A stretch of 64,000 nucleotides of DNA from positions 12,090,001-12,154,000 of the forward strand of contig OZ231126.1 in NCBI GenBank assembly GCA_965153355.1, given 5' to 3'. Positions 1 through 11,400 of the stretch are shown here, one piece after another (position 1 is the stretch's first letter; the number at the start of each line of letters is the position of its first letter). The position numbers and the translations under genes were made by a program. The notes beneath the pieces were generated by a model. It did not search any database, was not told where the DNA came from, and saw nothing but the letters and a program-made list of their open reading frames with translations. Origin of the DNA: Flaccisagitta enflata. Taxonomy: Eukaryota.

Positions 1-1020
1 ACAAAGAAGCTACTTATCATAAATGAAGAAATGTAGAGTCTATGCATTTAGATTCATGAAATAAGACATGAAAACTTAAGCAAGTTTTTTATTTTCACTA
101 AAAAACTAATATTTTGTCTCAAAAACGCCTTAAAAATGCTAAAAATATGGTCGTTTTCATTTTTTGAGCCTGCCCAGGGGTTTTTTTCAAGCCACAGCCC
201 CCAAATTGGTACAAACCCATATATTTTGAGTCTACTGAGCCAAAAAAAGGGTAGCAAGCTCATTTCCTTTCGGTGACCCATTCTCGTACTCCCTTAATAA
301 TAGTAAGGTAATCGAACCTTAGGCTTTAGTAATGAAATCGGCCGCGTACGGGTATTTACGACGGGAAAATGACAACGAGTAGTACGCAAAACAATTTTCG
401 ACTGATAGATGGACGGTGTTCACGGATGGATGAACGGACGTGGCCGCGTGCATGCGACTACAGAGCTACACAGAGCATATGCAAATTAATAAAAAATGAT
501 GATCATAGTGATATCAAAGTATCTTGATCATAAACGCAATGTCTAGGTGTCTAGCAACACGGACGGATAGACTTACGCGACCAACATAAGTCGCCTGTTG
601 TTGAATAGGAGGACGCATATTCAATAATAAGCGCGTCTAAAAACGCGATACTTTCAGACCTACACGCTCTTACGGCGTTTGCTAGTTCATAAAATACTAT
701 GTTAATATAAGTTACCTTTTCCGTCGGTCGAGGCCGCTGCCAAAACGGCGGACAAAGCGATGATTTGAACGATTAGTTGCATTTTTGAAAATATTTGTTT
801 CGTTGGTGAAGTTTCGTTCGCTTCCGTTGTCGGTATCGAGCAAATGTAAGATTGTTTGGTTTTTCGCAATCGTATTGGTAACATTCTCCAATCAGCCCGT
901 TCGCTTCAGTGAAGTTAACTAATGCAAGTGTGCATGTTTTAAGGTAGTAGCTCTGTGACACCACCGACTCCGTGTAGTTACATTTCTTTCGAAATTGGTT
1001 ACACGGCAAACAAGAATTTT

Positions 1021-1165
1021 TAGTCGCGTGCACGCGACTCTACAACCCGCTCTGTCCGTCTGTCGGTCGGTCCGTTGGTCCGTCTTTCGGTCCGTCACGC
1101 TTAGCTTTTTTCGCCGCCCCTGCCCACCCGCACGCGACTGAGGTAGCCGTGTTTTCGGCCTTGTT
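1021..1165 (+). mobile_element. HINE/DINE-1-like non-autonomous Helentron, family A
   Basis: T-run, palindrome AGTCGCGTGCACGCGACT, GTCY microsatellite, 3' subTIR GCACGCGACT, hairpin GCCGTGTTTTCGGC, then TTGTT. Confidence 0.75.
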
Positions 1166-1720
1166 TTTGAGTGACTGAACCGCCGTTTCGATACCGATGG
1201 ATCTTTCTCACTTCTAGAACTTCTATCGATGACAAATGCCACAAAGCTTAACCGTAGTGCACTCCCGTCAATTAACCAGTCTCGATTCGATTCTCTCAAA
1301 ATGTCGGAGTGCAATGTCAGAATTGAGCTCACCCATTTACATTTCCGCGACAAATAAATGCTAAGGTGTTTGACGCGACGTTAAGACAAAACCGGAAAAT
1401 TTCGCAAACGGAGGCAGCGTCAAAACGTTCAACGGTTTCCTCTTCGCCTCATCAGGGGAATGTGTAGGATTTTTGTTTGACTAGGCTCAAATGACGCATT
1501 GATCGATCATTTCTTGGTCTGGTTTGAACCCATTATATCTGTGCGTCCTAAGATCTTACCTACCATTTACTAAGTAAGCAGCAACCAAAACTAACTTCTA
1601 CTTCTAGTAGGAAACGTATCTTTTTCCCAGCCACCTGCAGAATAGGTTTAAGGTTTCGACTTTGCGAAGGAGACAATGAGTCAGGGTAACGAACAGTAAC
1701 TGTCACTCAAATCTCAGAAG

Positions 1721-1826
<106 letters not shown>

Positions 1827-3095
1827 AAAATCAGACGGAAACAAATAGGAAACAGATAGCCTAACAGACACACAAACAGACAGACAGCCAAATAGACAGA
1901 CAGACGATTGGATGAAACGACAGATAAGTAGAAAGATACGGAAAGACAATCAGAAAAAAAAGATTGATGTGTACGAAGGTAGGACCGACGATAAGCCAGA
2001 CAGACAAAAAGACAGTCAGAGCCATACTGAAATAGACAGAGGCGATAGAGGTAAAGCAAAGCGAGTGACAGAAATTTGTTCTTTGATTTGATGGCTTGTC
2101 TCCACTTTGGAGAACAAGGTAAATTCATGTTTATGGTATTATGGAAGCACGACATATGCTCCAATTCTTGAGAAGATACAGGAAGAAAAAGACACATTAA
2201 CTTCAATCATTTGGAGGATTTATTTCAATGAGAAGACAAGAGAGAACAAGAAAAATACTTATTAAACAAAGAAATGGCCACAATTCGCAAAATCGCAGTT
2301 CGGCATCGCAAAGTTAAGATTTTTTACGTTTGTATAACGAAAAAAAATGAACACAAAAGAAGTCGAGTCAGTAGATTGGCTTTGTTGACGTTGATATAAT
2401 CCAAACAAACACACGCACACAATAGTCTTCAATTGCCCCCTCCCCAAATAAACCTCACACACTTCCACTGTCCTCCCACCCCTTCCTCCATTGCTGAGAA
2501 AAAAAAGGAGAATAATCATGGAAGGAATCAAGGATCCTTTCCTCCCCATTCTGAAAAGGAACCGAAAGGAAAAAAAACAAAGAAAAATAATAACAACAGA
2601 TTCGTCATTGGAACAAAATGACAACAAAAATACTCGCGAAACAAATGTGCCTTTTCCTTTTCAAAATGAAAGTATGGCGTAATTTTGATTATTGCATAAG
2701 TACACACAAAGAAATTGATAACATTTTTGAATGGAAGAAATGTGAGTGAAAATGAATAAGAAATACACACAATTTTAATTGGTCGTTATGAGAGTAATGA
2801 TATCAAGAAGGATTATTATCAATCATTAACGATTAATCATTATCATTGCTAACATATCTCTACGAATTTTCTCTTCACTCATCAAAACGTAGGCATAATT
2901 TAGTTTCCCACCATCACTTTATTAGACAAAAATGAATTAATTGAATTTAAAACTGGATCTTAAGTTTTTTTAATGAAGAAATCGTAATAACAAGATGGTT
3001 TCAAACGCATTATTTCATACACACACAATACATTATTCATTTTCTAATTTTAATCAAGTTTTATTCTCTATGTACAAGAAAATAAATCCTTTTCA

Positions 3096-3406
3096 CTATC
3101 GGGTGGCTTGACTGGCAGGTGATCGAGATGCTGAGGGAAGGTGACTTGAGGAAGAGGGTGAAGGTGACGAGGGTGGGAGGTGACTGGAGGGTGTCGAGTG
3201 ACTGACGGAGGGTGGAGGGGGAGGAGGGAGGGTGGAGCCGATTTGGGGTTTGACCAGTTTGAAGGCGCCCGAAGGTGGGGAGGTGACGGAGGGTAACATC
3301 GGGTGAGAGGAGGAAGAGGAGGACGAGGTGACGGGAGATGTGAGATCTGGTGACGGAGGAGCGGCATGAGACGTGGAGGATGTGTTGGGTTTCGCCGCGT
3401 GTTCGC
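3096..3406 (-). CDS. Irx: Iroquois terminal coding exon 8 (GEHAAKP...SGAFKLVKP...SQATR*)
   Basis: cttacag acceptor after a (CT)n tract; phase 1 matches the exon 7 donor; same Ser/Pro-rich style; AFKLV resembles the AFKPV-type C-terminal motif; total CDS of 3213 nt is divisible by 3. Confidence 0.75.
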
Positions 3407-3413
3407 CTGTAAG

Positions 3414-3524
<111 letters not shown>

Positions 3525-3782
3525 CAGAAAAAAGGCACGGGGAAGGAAGAAAAACAAGAAGAGAGATTAGTTTTCATATAATCGAATCGAGACGGAGGTC
3601 GGTTTTGGTTCTACAGGATGTTTGTTCGTTCCATTAAGACGAAAACAACAACAAAAACAAAACCAAAATAAACTTTATTAAATAAAGGAAGAGGAGAGGA
3701 GGAAGAGAGAGAGAGACGAAGAGGACAGGCCGACGTCTTGCGGGAATGACGGTTAGATCAACAATAGACGACAGAAACGAGA

Positions 3783-3869
<87 letters not shown>

Positions 3870-4296
3870 TGATTTGAAGTATATATAGACAGGGACAGGA
3901 TTCAATTCTTACTATAGCCTTAGTGAAGGCCTCATGGTAACTCACGTGGTAGACATTTGAATTGCACAGCCAAACATCTTTGAGAAGCAGACTGTAGACA
4001 TGAGGATTGGAGGAGGGGGAGAGAGTTCGAGATAGGAAGAGGAGAGAAGAGGAGGATGAGGAGGATTTCGGGGGTTCATGATGCTTTTGGATATTTATGT
4101 TGAGTCTTCTCTCCTTCTCCTAGCTACGTGGATCACCCTCTTGATTTTCTGTCTTTTCTTGTATATTCATACTTATTTGCATTTTATTAGACTTTCTTTA
4201 TATTCCCCTCAGAAGAGACTTATTATTTACCAAAACTAGCATTGTTTAGAGAAGTAGGATCAGTCATGCCAATAAGCCAGCCAAGCTACCAAACTA
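3870..4296 (+). repeat. 5' LTR (right boundary inferred from the PBS)
   Basis: First 271 bp repeated at 20332-20602; unique 4141-4296 segment runs up to the PBS; starts TGAT. Confidence 0.75.
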
Positions 4297-4298
4297 GG

Positions 4299-4312
4299 TG
4301 GTGGCAGCCGGT
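4299..4312 (+). promoter_or_regulatory. Putative primer-binding site, tRNA-Leu-like
   Basis: TGGTGGCAGC(C)GGT matches the complement of the animal tRNA-Leu(AAG/TAG) 3' end (TGGTGGCAGCGGT): 10 nt perfect, 13 with one extra base. Confidence 0.65.
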
Positions 4313-5022
4313 TTTGGATCTAATTGCCTTGGGGGGGATAATAATGTAAGATATTATGAATATACCCGTCTCCCTCTTGATTCTTTTCTCTCAATACTCT
4401 TTTTTCCTTCTTTTTCTCAATTCACATGGTAGGGAGTTGGAGAAAAGAAAACTTTTAAGGATCAAGACAATAAGATCCAAAATCTTGGTCCAGTAAACAA
4501 ATGCCTCATTGCGATATCAGCACACTCACCTCTCCTCGCTCGACTCACAGTTATCAACTCAAGCGTGCAAAATTGTGATCTGAATATTTTCGAGGGTAAA
4601 ATCTAAAACGCCGATCTCGCGCTGAGCGATCAGAAAACCTTCCAGCCAGCGGAGCCCCCGAAAATGCTAAGTCCGTGAGCGATTAGAAAATCATCCAGTT
4701 GGTAGAGAATGTTTTCTATCAGTCTCCTAAACATTTTTTTGGCGGCTCGTCAGAGTGAGAGGGACTGTTTTTCAAATTCTGTTTTATGGAAAACTAGGAG
4801 TGATGCGCGTAGTAACTAGTCAGTGAGGGCTCACAAGGCCCTCTTCCATTTATTTTAGTTTGGGTATAGTGAGGGATGTTGTTCCACCTATCATACATTA
4901 ATGACGGAAGGTAGTTTTCTGCTTGTCCCTGAGCCTAGATTATCGATATGTCTTTCTACTGGTCAAGTCTCACAGCTTAGGCAGCTATCACCTGCGGGGG
5001 ATAAGAGCAGAAAATGTAAGTA

Positions 5023-5206
5023 CAGTTGAACCCCGCAAAAACGGTTGTCTAGGGAAAAACAAATTTTATCTGTTATAAGCAGATTTCTGGTATTGCCAAT
5101 ACCAATACCAATGCCAATACAATAAGATTACATGAAAAGATTAAAATTCTATGTCCATTTTGAGTGGATTTCCTTACTCCGGGTCTGGTGTAGCGGGGTG
5201 TGACTG
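5023..5206. mobile_element. Tc1/mariner (pogo/Tigger-like) MITE inside the LTR element
   Basis: TA|CAGTTGAACCCCGC ... GCGGGGTGTGACTG|TA: 11/14 inverted match, TA on both sides. Confidence 0.6.
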
Positions 5207-5418
5207 TATAGAAACAGTGACACTTCTTTACATACTGAGACAAAAAGAAAATTTCAGTTTAGAGACAGGCAAAACAGTATCAGAGACAAATATGAAATCT
5301 GAGTTTGGAGACTAGCAGAAAGTCGTTATTTGTTTCAACTTTTCCATTTGTCTCTAAATCTTTATTTTCTGTTTGTCTCTTTACAAGAAAGAAACAACAT
5401 GTCTGAGTGGCTTGCCAT

Positions 5419-8400
5419 CTCATCATTGTCTTGATTGATGCTATTCTTTTAAGGCCAGAGTGAATCTTTTTTTTGATGGAGACAAAAAGAAAATTCTAGT
5501 TCAGAGACAAACAGAAAATGATTGTTCATTTCTGTTTTCTGTTTGTCTCTGAGCCTCGATTTTTTGTTTGTCTCTTGATATTAAAACAAATAGCAATAAC
5601 ATGCCTTGACAGCTGAGGGCGGATGGAGAACCAAACAGAGATTCAAAGAGGAATTTATGAGAGACAAATGGAAAATCAAAGTTTAGAGACAAATAGAAAA
5701 TATTCACTTCTTTAAGTTTTCTTTTTGTCTTTAAATTGCAATTTTCTTTTTGTCTCTTACCACTAGGGCATTTTTACAGGAGTAGTGAGCTTTAAAAAAG
5801 GCAGAGTGCAGGGGAAGTCACCTACATCATTTTTGGCCCAAATCAGCGATTGAGCCACAATACAAATGTAGTAGTGAGCATAGTGTCAACAGGTGGCTGT
5901 TTAAGCTGTCAGAGGCATGTACCCCTATACTAACCAGGAGCAAGAGAACTCACCGTAATGATTCTTAGCCCAAATTAGCTATTGAGCCACTTTGCAAATC
6001 TTATGAGAGCATGGTGTGTATTTTACAGAAGGGGAAACTGGTGAAAAGAGGGGCTAGCGGGGTTAACTCACATGTTAAGCCTGTTTTGGCTTCACCCCAG
6101 ATCAACACCTCAAATTCACCAAAAGCCCCTTATAATATACTTATATATATACAAAGGTTTTCCATAGATCAAATCAGAGATCCTCTTGGGATAGTAAATT
6201 AAGTTGGTTTAACACATGTTTTAACCCCGCTAGCCCCTCATTCTACCCTTCTTAGGATTTTTTGTATGTCTCATTTACATTCTCAGCCACACCCACCTCA
6301 TCATTGTCTTGGTAGATGCTATTCTTTTAAGGCCAGAGTGAACCCTTTTTTGTTTGACGGAGACAAAAAGAAAATTCTAGTTCAGAGACAAACAGAAAAT
6401 GATTGTTCATTTCAGTTTTCTGTTTGTCTCTGAGTCTGAATTTTTTGTTTGTCTCTTAATATTAAAACAAATGCCAATAAATGTGAAAGCCTTGACAGCT
6501 GAGGGCAGATGGAGAACCAAACAGAGAGTCAAAAAGGTATTTATAAGAGACAAATGGAAAATCAAAGTTCAGAGACAAATAGAAAATGTTTATTTCTTTA
6601 AGTTTTCTCTTTTTCTTTAAATTGCAATTTTCTATTTGTCTCTTACCATGAAAAACCAATGGGTCTGAATGGGCTACCCAAGCTGCATGCAGGTGGGCTC
6701 AAGCAGTGATGGAGAAGGCCACTAGGGCATTTTTACAGCAGTAGTGAGCTTTAAAAAAGGCAGAGTGCAGGGGAAGTCACCTACATCATTTTTGGCCCAA
6801 ATCAGCAAGTGAGCCCCAATACAAATGTAGTAGTGAGCATAGTGTCAACAGGTGGCTGTTTAAGCTGTGACACGCATGTACCCCTATACTCACCAGGAGC
6901 AAGAGAACTCAACATAATGATTCTTAGCACAAATTAGCTATTGAGCCACCTTGCAAATCTTATGAGAGCATGGTGTGTATTCTACGGAAGGGGAAACTGG
7001 TGAAAAGAGGGGCTAGCGGGGTTAACTCACATGTTAAGCCTGTTTTGGCTTCACCCCAGATCAACACCTCAAATTCACCAAAAGCCCCTTATAATATACT
7101 TTTATATATACATAGGACTTCCATAGATCAAATCAGAGATCCTCTTAGGATAGTAAGTTAAGTTGGTTTAACACATGTTTTAACCCCGCTAGCCCCTCAT
7201 TCTACCCTTCTTAGGATTTTCCATATGTCTCATTTACATTCTCAGCCACTCCCACCTCATCATTGTCTTGGTAGATGCTATTCTTTTAAGGGCAGAGTGA
7301 ACCCTTTTTTGTTTGACAAAGACAAAAAGAAAATTCAAGTTCAGAGACAAACAGAAAATGATTGTTCATTTCAGTTTTCTGTTTGTCTCTGAGTCTGAAT
7401 TTTTTGTTTGTCTCTTAATATTAAAACAAATGCCAATAAGTGTGAAAGCCTTAACAGCTGAGGGCAGATGGGGAACCAAACAGAGAGTCAAAAAGGTATT
7501 TAAAAGAGACAAATGGAAAATCAAAGTTTAGAGACAAATAGAAAATGTTCATTTCTTTAAGTTTTCTCTTTGTCTTTAAATTGCAATTTTCTTTTTGTCT
7601 CTTACCATGAAAAAACCAATGGGTCTGAATGGGCTACCCAAGTTGCATGCAGGTGGGCTCGAGCAGTGATGGAGAAGGCCACTAGGGCATTTTTACAGGA
7701 GTAGTGAGCTTTAAAAAAGGCAAAGTGCAGGGGAAGTCACCTACATCATTTTTTGCCCAAATCATCGATTGAGCCACAATACAAATGTAGTAGTGAGCAT
7801 AATGTCAACAGGTGGCTGTTTAAGCTGTCAGATGCATGTACCCCTATACTCACCAGGAACAAGAGAACTCACCGTAATGATTCTTAGCCCAAATTAGCTA
7901 TTGAGCCACCTTGCAAATCTTATGAGAGCATGGTGTGTATTCTACAGAAGGGGAAACTGGTGAAAAGAGGGGCTAGCGGGGTTAACTCACATGTTAAGCC
8001 TGTTTTGGCTTCACCCCAGATCAACACCTCAAATTCACCAAAAGCCCCTTATAATATACTTATATATAAACATAGGACTTCCATAGATCAAATCAGAGAT
8101 CCTCTTGGGATAGTAAGTTAAGTTGGGTTAACACATGTTTTAACCCCGCTAGCCCCTCATTCTACCCTTCTTAGGATTTTCTATATGTCTCATTTACATT
8201 CTCAGCCACACCCACTTCATCATTGTCTTGGTAGATGCTATTCTTTTAAGGGCAGAGTGAACCCTTTTTTGTTTGACGGAGACAAAAAGAAAATTCAAGT
8301 TCAGAGACAAACAGAAAATGATTGTTCATTTCAGTTTTCTGTTTGTCTCTGAGCCTCAATTTTTTGTTTGTCTCTTAATATTAAAACAAGGCCGGATACA

Positions 8401-11400
8401 CGGCCAATACCAGTCGCGGAAGGGTGGGCAGGGGCGGAAATGCGTGTTTTCACACTCTCCTACTCGATCACCATGGACCGACCGACGGACCGACCGACGG
8501 ATGGACAAAGCCTCTTATAGAGTCGCTAGTCCGCGACTAACAAATGCCAATAAGTGTGAAAGCCTTAACAGCTGAGGGCAGATGGGGAACCAAACAGAGA
8601 GTCAAAAAGGTATTTAAAAGAGACAAATGGAAAATTAAAGTTTAGTTACAAATAGAAAATGTTATTTTCTTTAAGTTTTCTCTTTGTCTTTAAATTGCAA
8701 TTTTCTTTTTGTCTCTTACCATAAAAAAACCAATGGGTCTGAATGGGCTACCCAAGTTGCATGCAGGTGGGCTCGAGCAGTGATGGAGAAGGCCACTAGG
8801 GCATTTTTACAGGAGTAGTGAGCTTTAAAAAAGGCAAAGTGCAGGGGAAGTCACCTACATCATTTTTTGCCCAAATCATCGATTGAGCCACAATACAAAT
8901 GTAGTAGTGAGCATAATGTCAACAGGTGGCTGTTTAAGCTGTCAGACGCATGTACCCCTATACTCACCAGGAACAGGAGAACTCACCGTAATGATTCTTA
9001 GCCCAAATTAGCTATTGAGCCACCTTGCAAATCTTATGAGAGCATGGTGTGTATTCTACAGAAGGGGAAACTGGTGAAAAGAGGGGCTAGCGGGGTTAAC
9101 TCACATGTTAAGCCTGTTTTGGCTTCACCCCAGATCAACACCTCAAATTCACCAAAAGCCCCTTATAATATACTTATATATAAACATAGGACTTCCATAG
9201 ATCAAATCAGAGATCCTCTTGGGATAGTAAGTTAAGTTGGGTTAACACATGTTTTAACCCCGCTAGCCCCTCATTCTACCCTTCTTAGGATTTTCTATAT
9301 GTCTCATTTACATTCTCAGCCACACCCACTTCATCATTGTCTTGGTAGATGCTATTCTTTTAAGGCCAGAGTGAACCCTTTTTTGTTTTACGGAGACAAA
9401 AAGAAAATTCTAGTTCAGAGACAAACAGAAAATGATTGTTCATTTCAGTTTTCTGTTTGTCTCTGAGTCTGAATTTTTTGTTTGTCTCTTAATATTAAAA
9501 CAAATGCCAATAAATGTGAAAGCCTTGACAGCTAAGGGCAGAGGGAGAGCCAAACAGAGAGTCAAAATGGTTTTTATAAGAGACAAATGGAAAATCAAAG
9601 TTCAGAGACAAATAGAAAATGTTTATTTCTTTAAGTTTTCTCTTTGTCTTTAAATTGCAATTTTCTTATTGTCTCTTACCATGAAACCCCAATGGGTCTG
9701 AATGGGCTACCCAAGTTGCATGCAGGTGGGCTCGAGCAGTGATGGAGAAGGCCACTAGGGCATTTTTACAGCAGTAGTGAGCTTTAAAAAAGGCAGAATG
9801 CAGGGGAAGTCACCTACATCATTTTTGGCCCAAATCAGCAATTGAGCCACAATACAAATGTAGTAGTGAGCATAGTGTCAACAGGTGGCTGTTTAAGCTG
9901 TTAGACGTATGTACCCCTATACTCACCAGGAGCAAGAGAACTCACCATAATGATTCTTAGCCCAAATTAGCTATTGAGCCACCTTGCAAATCTTATGAGA
10001 GCATGGTGTGTATTCTACAGAAGGGGAAACTGGCGAAAAGAGGGGCTAGTGGGGTTAACTCACATGTTAAGCCTGTTTTGGCTTCACCCCAGATCAACAC
10101 CTCAAATTCACCAAAAGCCCCTTATAATATACTTTTATATATACATAGGACTTCCATAGATCAAATCAGAGATCCTCTTAGGATAGTAAGTTAAGTTGGT
10201 TTAACACATGTTTTAACCCCGCTAGCCCCTCATTCTACCCTTCTTAGGATTTTCCATATGTCTCATTTACATTCTCAGCCACACCCACCTCATCATTGTC
10301 TTGGTAAATGCTATTCTTTTAAGGCCAGAGTGAACCCTTTTTTGTTTGACGGAGACAAAAAGAAAATTCTAGTTCAGAGACAAACAGAAAATGATTGTTC
10401 ATTTCAGTTTTCTGTTTGTCTCTGAGCCTCAATTTTTTGTTTGTCTCTTAATATTAAAACAAATGCCAATAAGTGTGAAAGCCTTGACAGCTGAGGGCAG
10501 ATGGGGAACCAAATAGAGAATCAAAAAGGTATTTATAAGAGACAAATGGAAAATCAAACTTTAGAGACATATAGAAAATGTTCATTTCTTTAAGTTTTCT
10601 CTTTGTCTTTAAATTGCAATTTTCTTTTTGTCTCTTACCATGAAAAACCAACGGGTCTGAATGGGCTACCCAAGTTGCATGCAGGTAGGCGCGAGCAGTG
10701 ATGGAGAAGGCCACTAGGGCATTTTTACAGGAGTAGTGAGCTTTAAAAAAGGCAGAGTGCAGGGGAAGTCACCTACATCATTTTTTGCCCAAATCAGCAA
10801 TTGAGCCACAATACAAATGTAGTAGTGAGCATAGTGTCAACAGGTGGCTGTTTAAGCTGTCAGACGCATGTACCCCATACTCACCAGGAACAAGAGAACT
10901 CACGGTAATGATTCTTAGCCCAAATAAGCTATTGAGCCCCCTTGCAAATCTTATGAGAGCATGGTGTGTATTCTACAGAAGGGGAAACTGGTGAAAAGAG
11001 GGGCTAGCGGGGTTAACTCACATGTTAAGCCTGTTTTGGCTTCACCCCGGATCAACACCTCAAATTCACCATAAGCCCCTTATAATATACTTACATATAA
11101 ACATAGGACTTCCATAGATCAAATCAGAGATCCTCTTAGGATAGTAAGTTAAGTTGGTATAACACATGTTTTAACCCCGCTAGCCCCTCATTCTACCCTT
11201 CTTAGGATTTTCCATATGTCTCATTTACATTCTCAGCCACACCCACATCATCATTGACTTGGTAGATGCTATTCTTTTAAGGCCAGAGTGAACCCTTTTT
11301 TGTTTGACGAAGACAAAAAGAAAATTCTAGTTCAGAGACAAACAGAAAATGATTGTTCATTTCAGTTTTCTGTTTGTCTCTGAGTCTGAATTTTTTGTTT

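Noticed and set aside
4331-4360. G-run followed by TGTAAG resembling a PPT plus LTR start of a nested element
   Set aside because: No second copy of the following sequence was found in the window.
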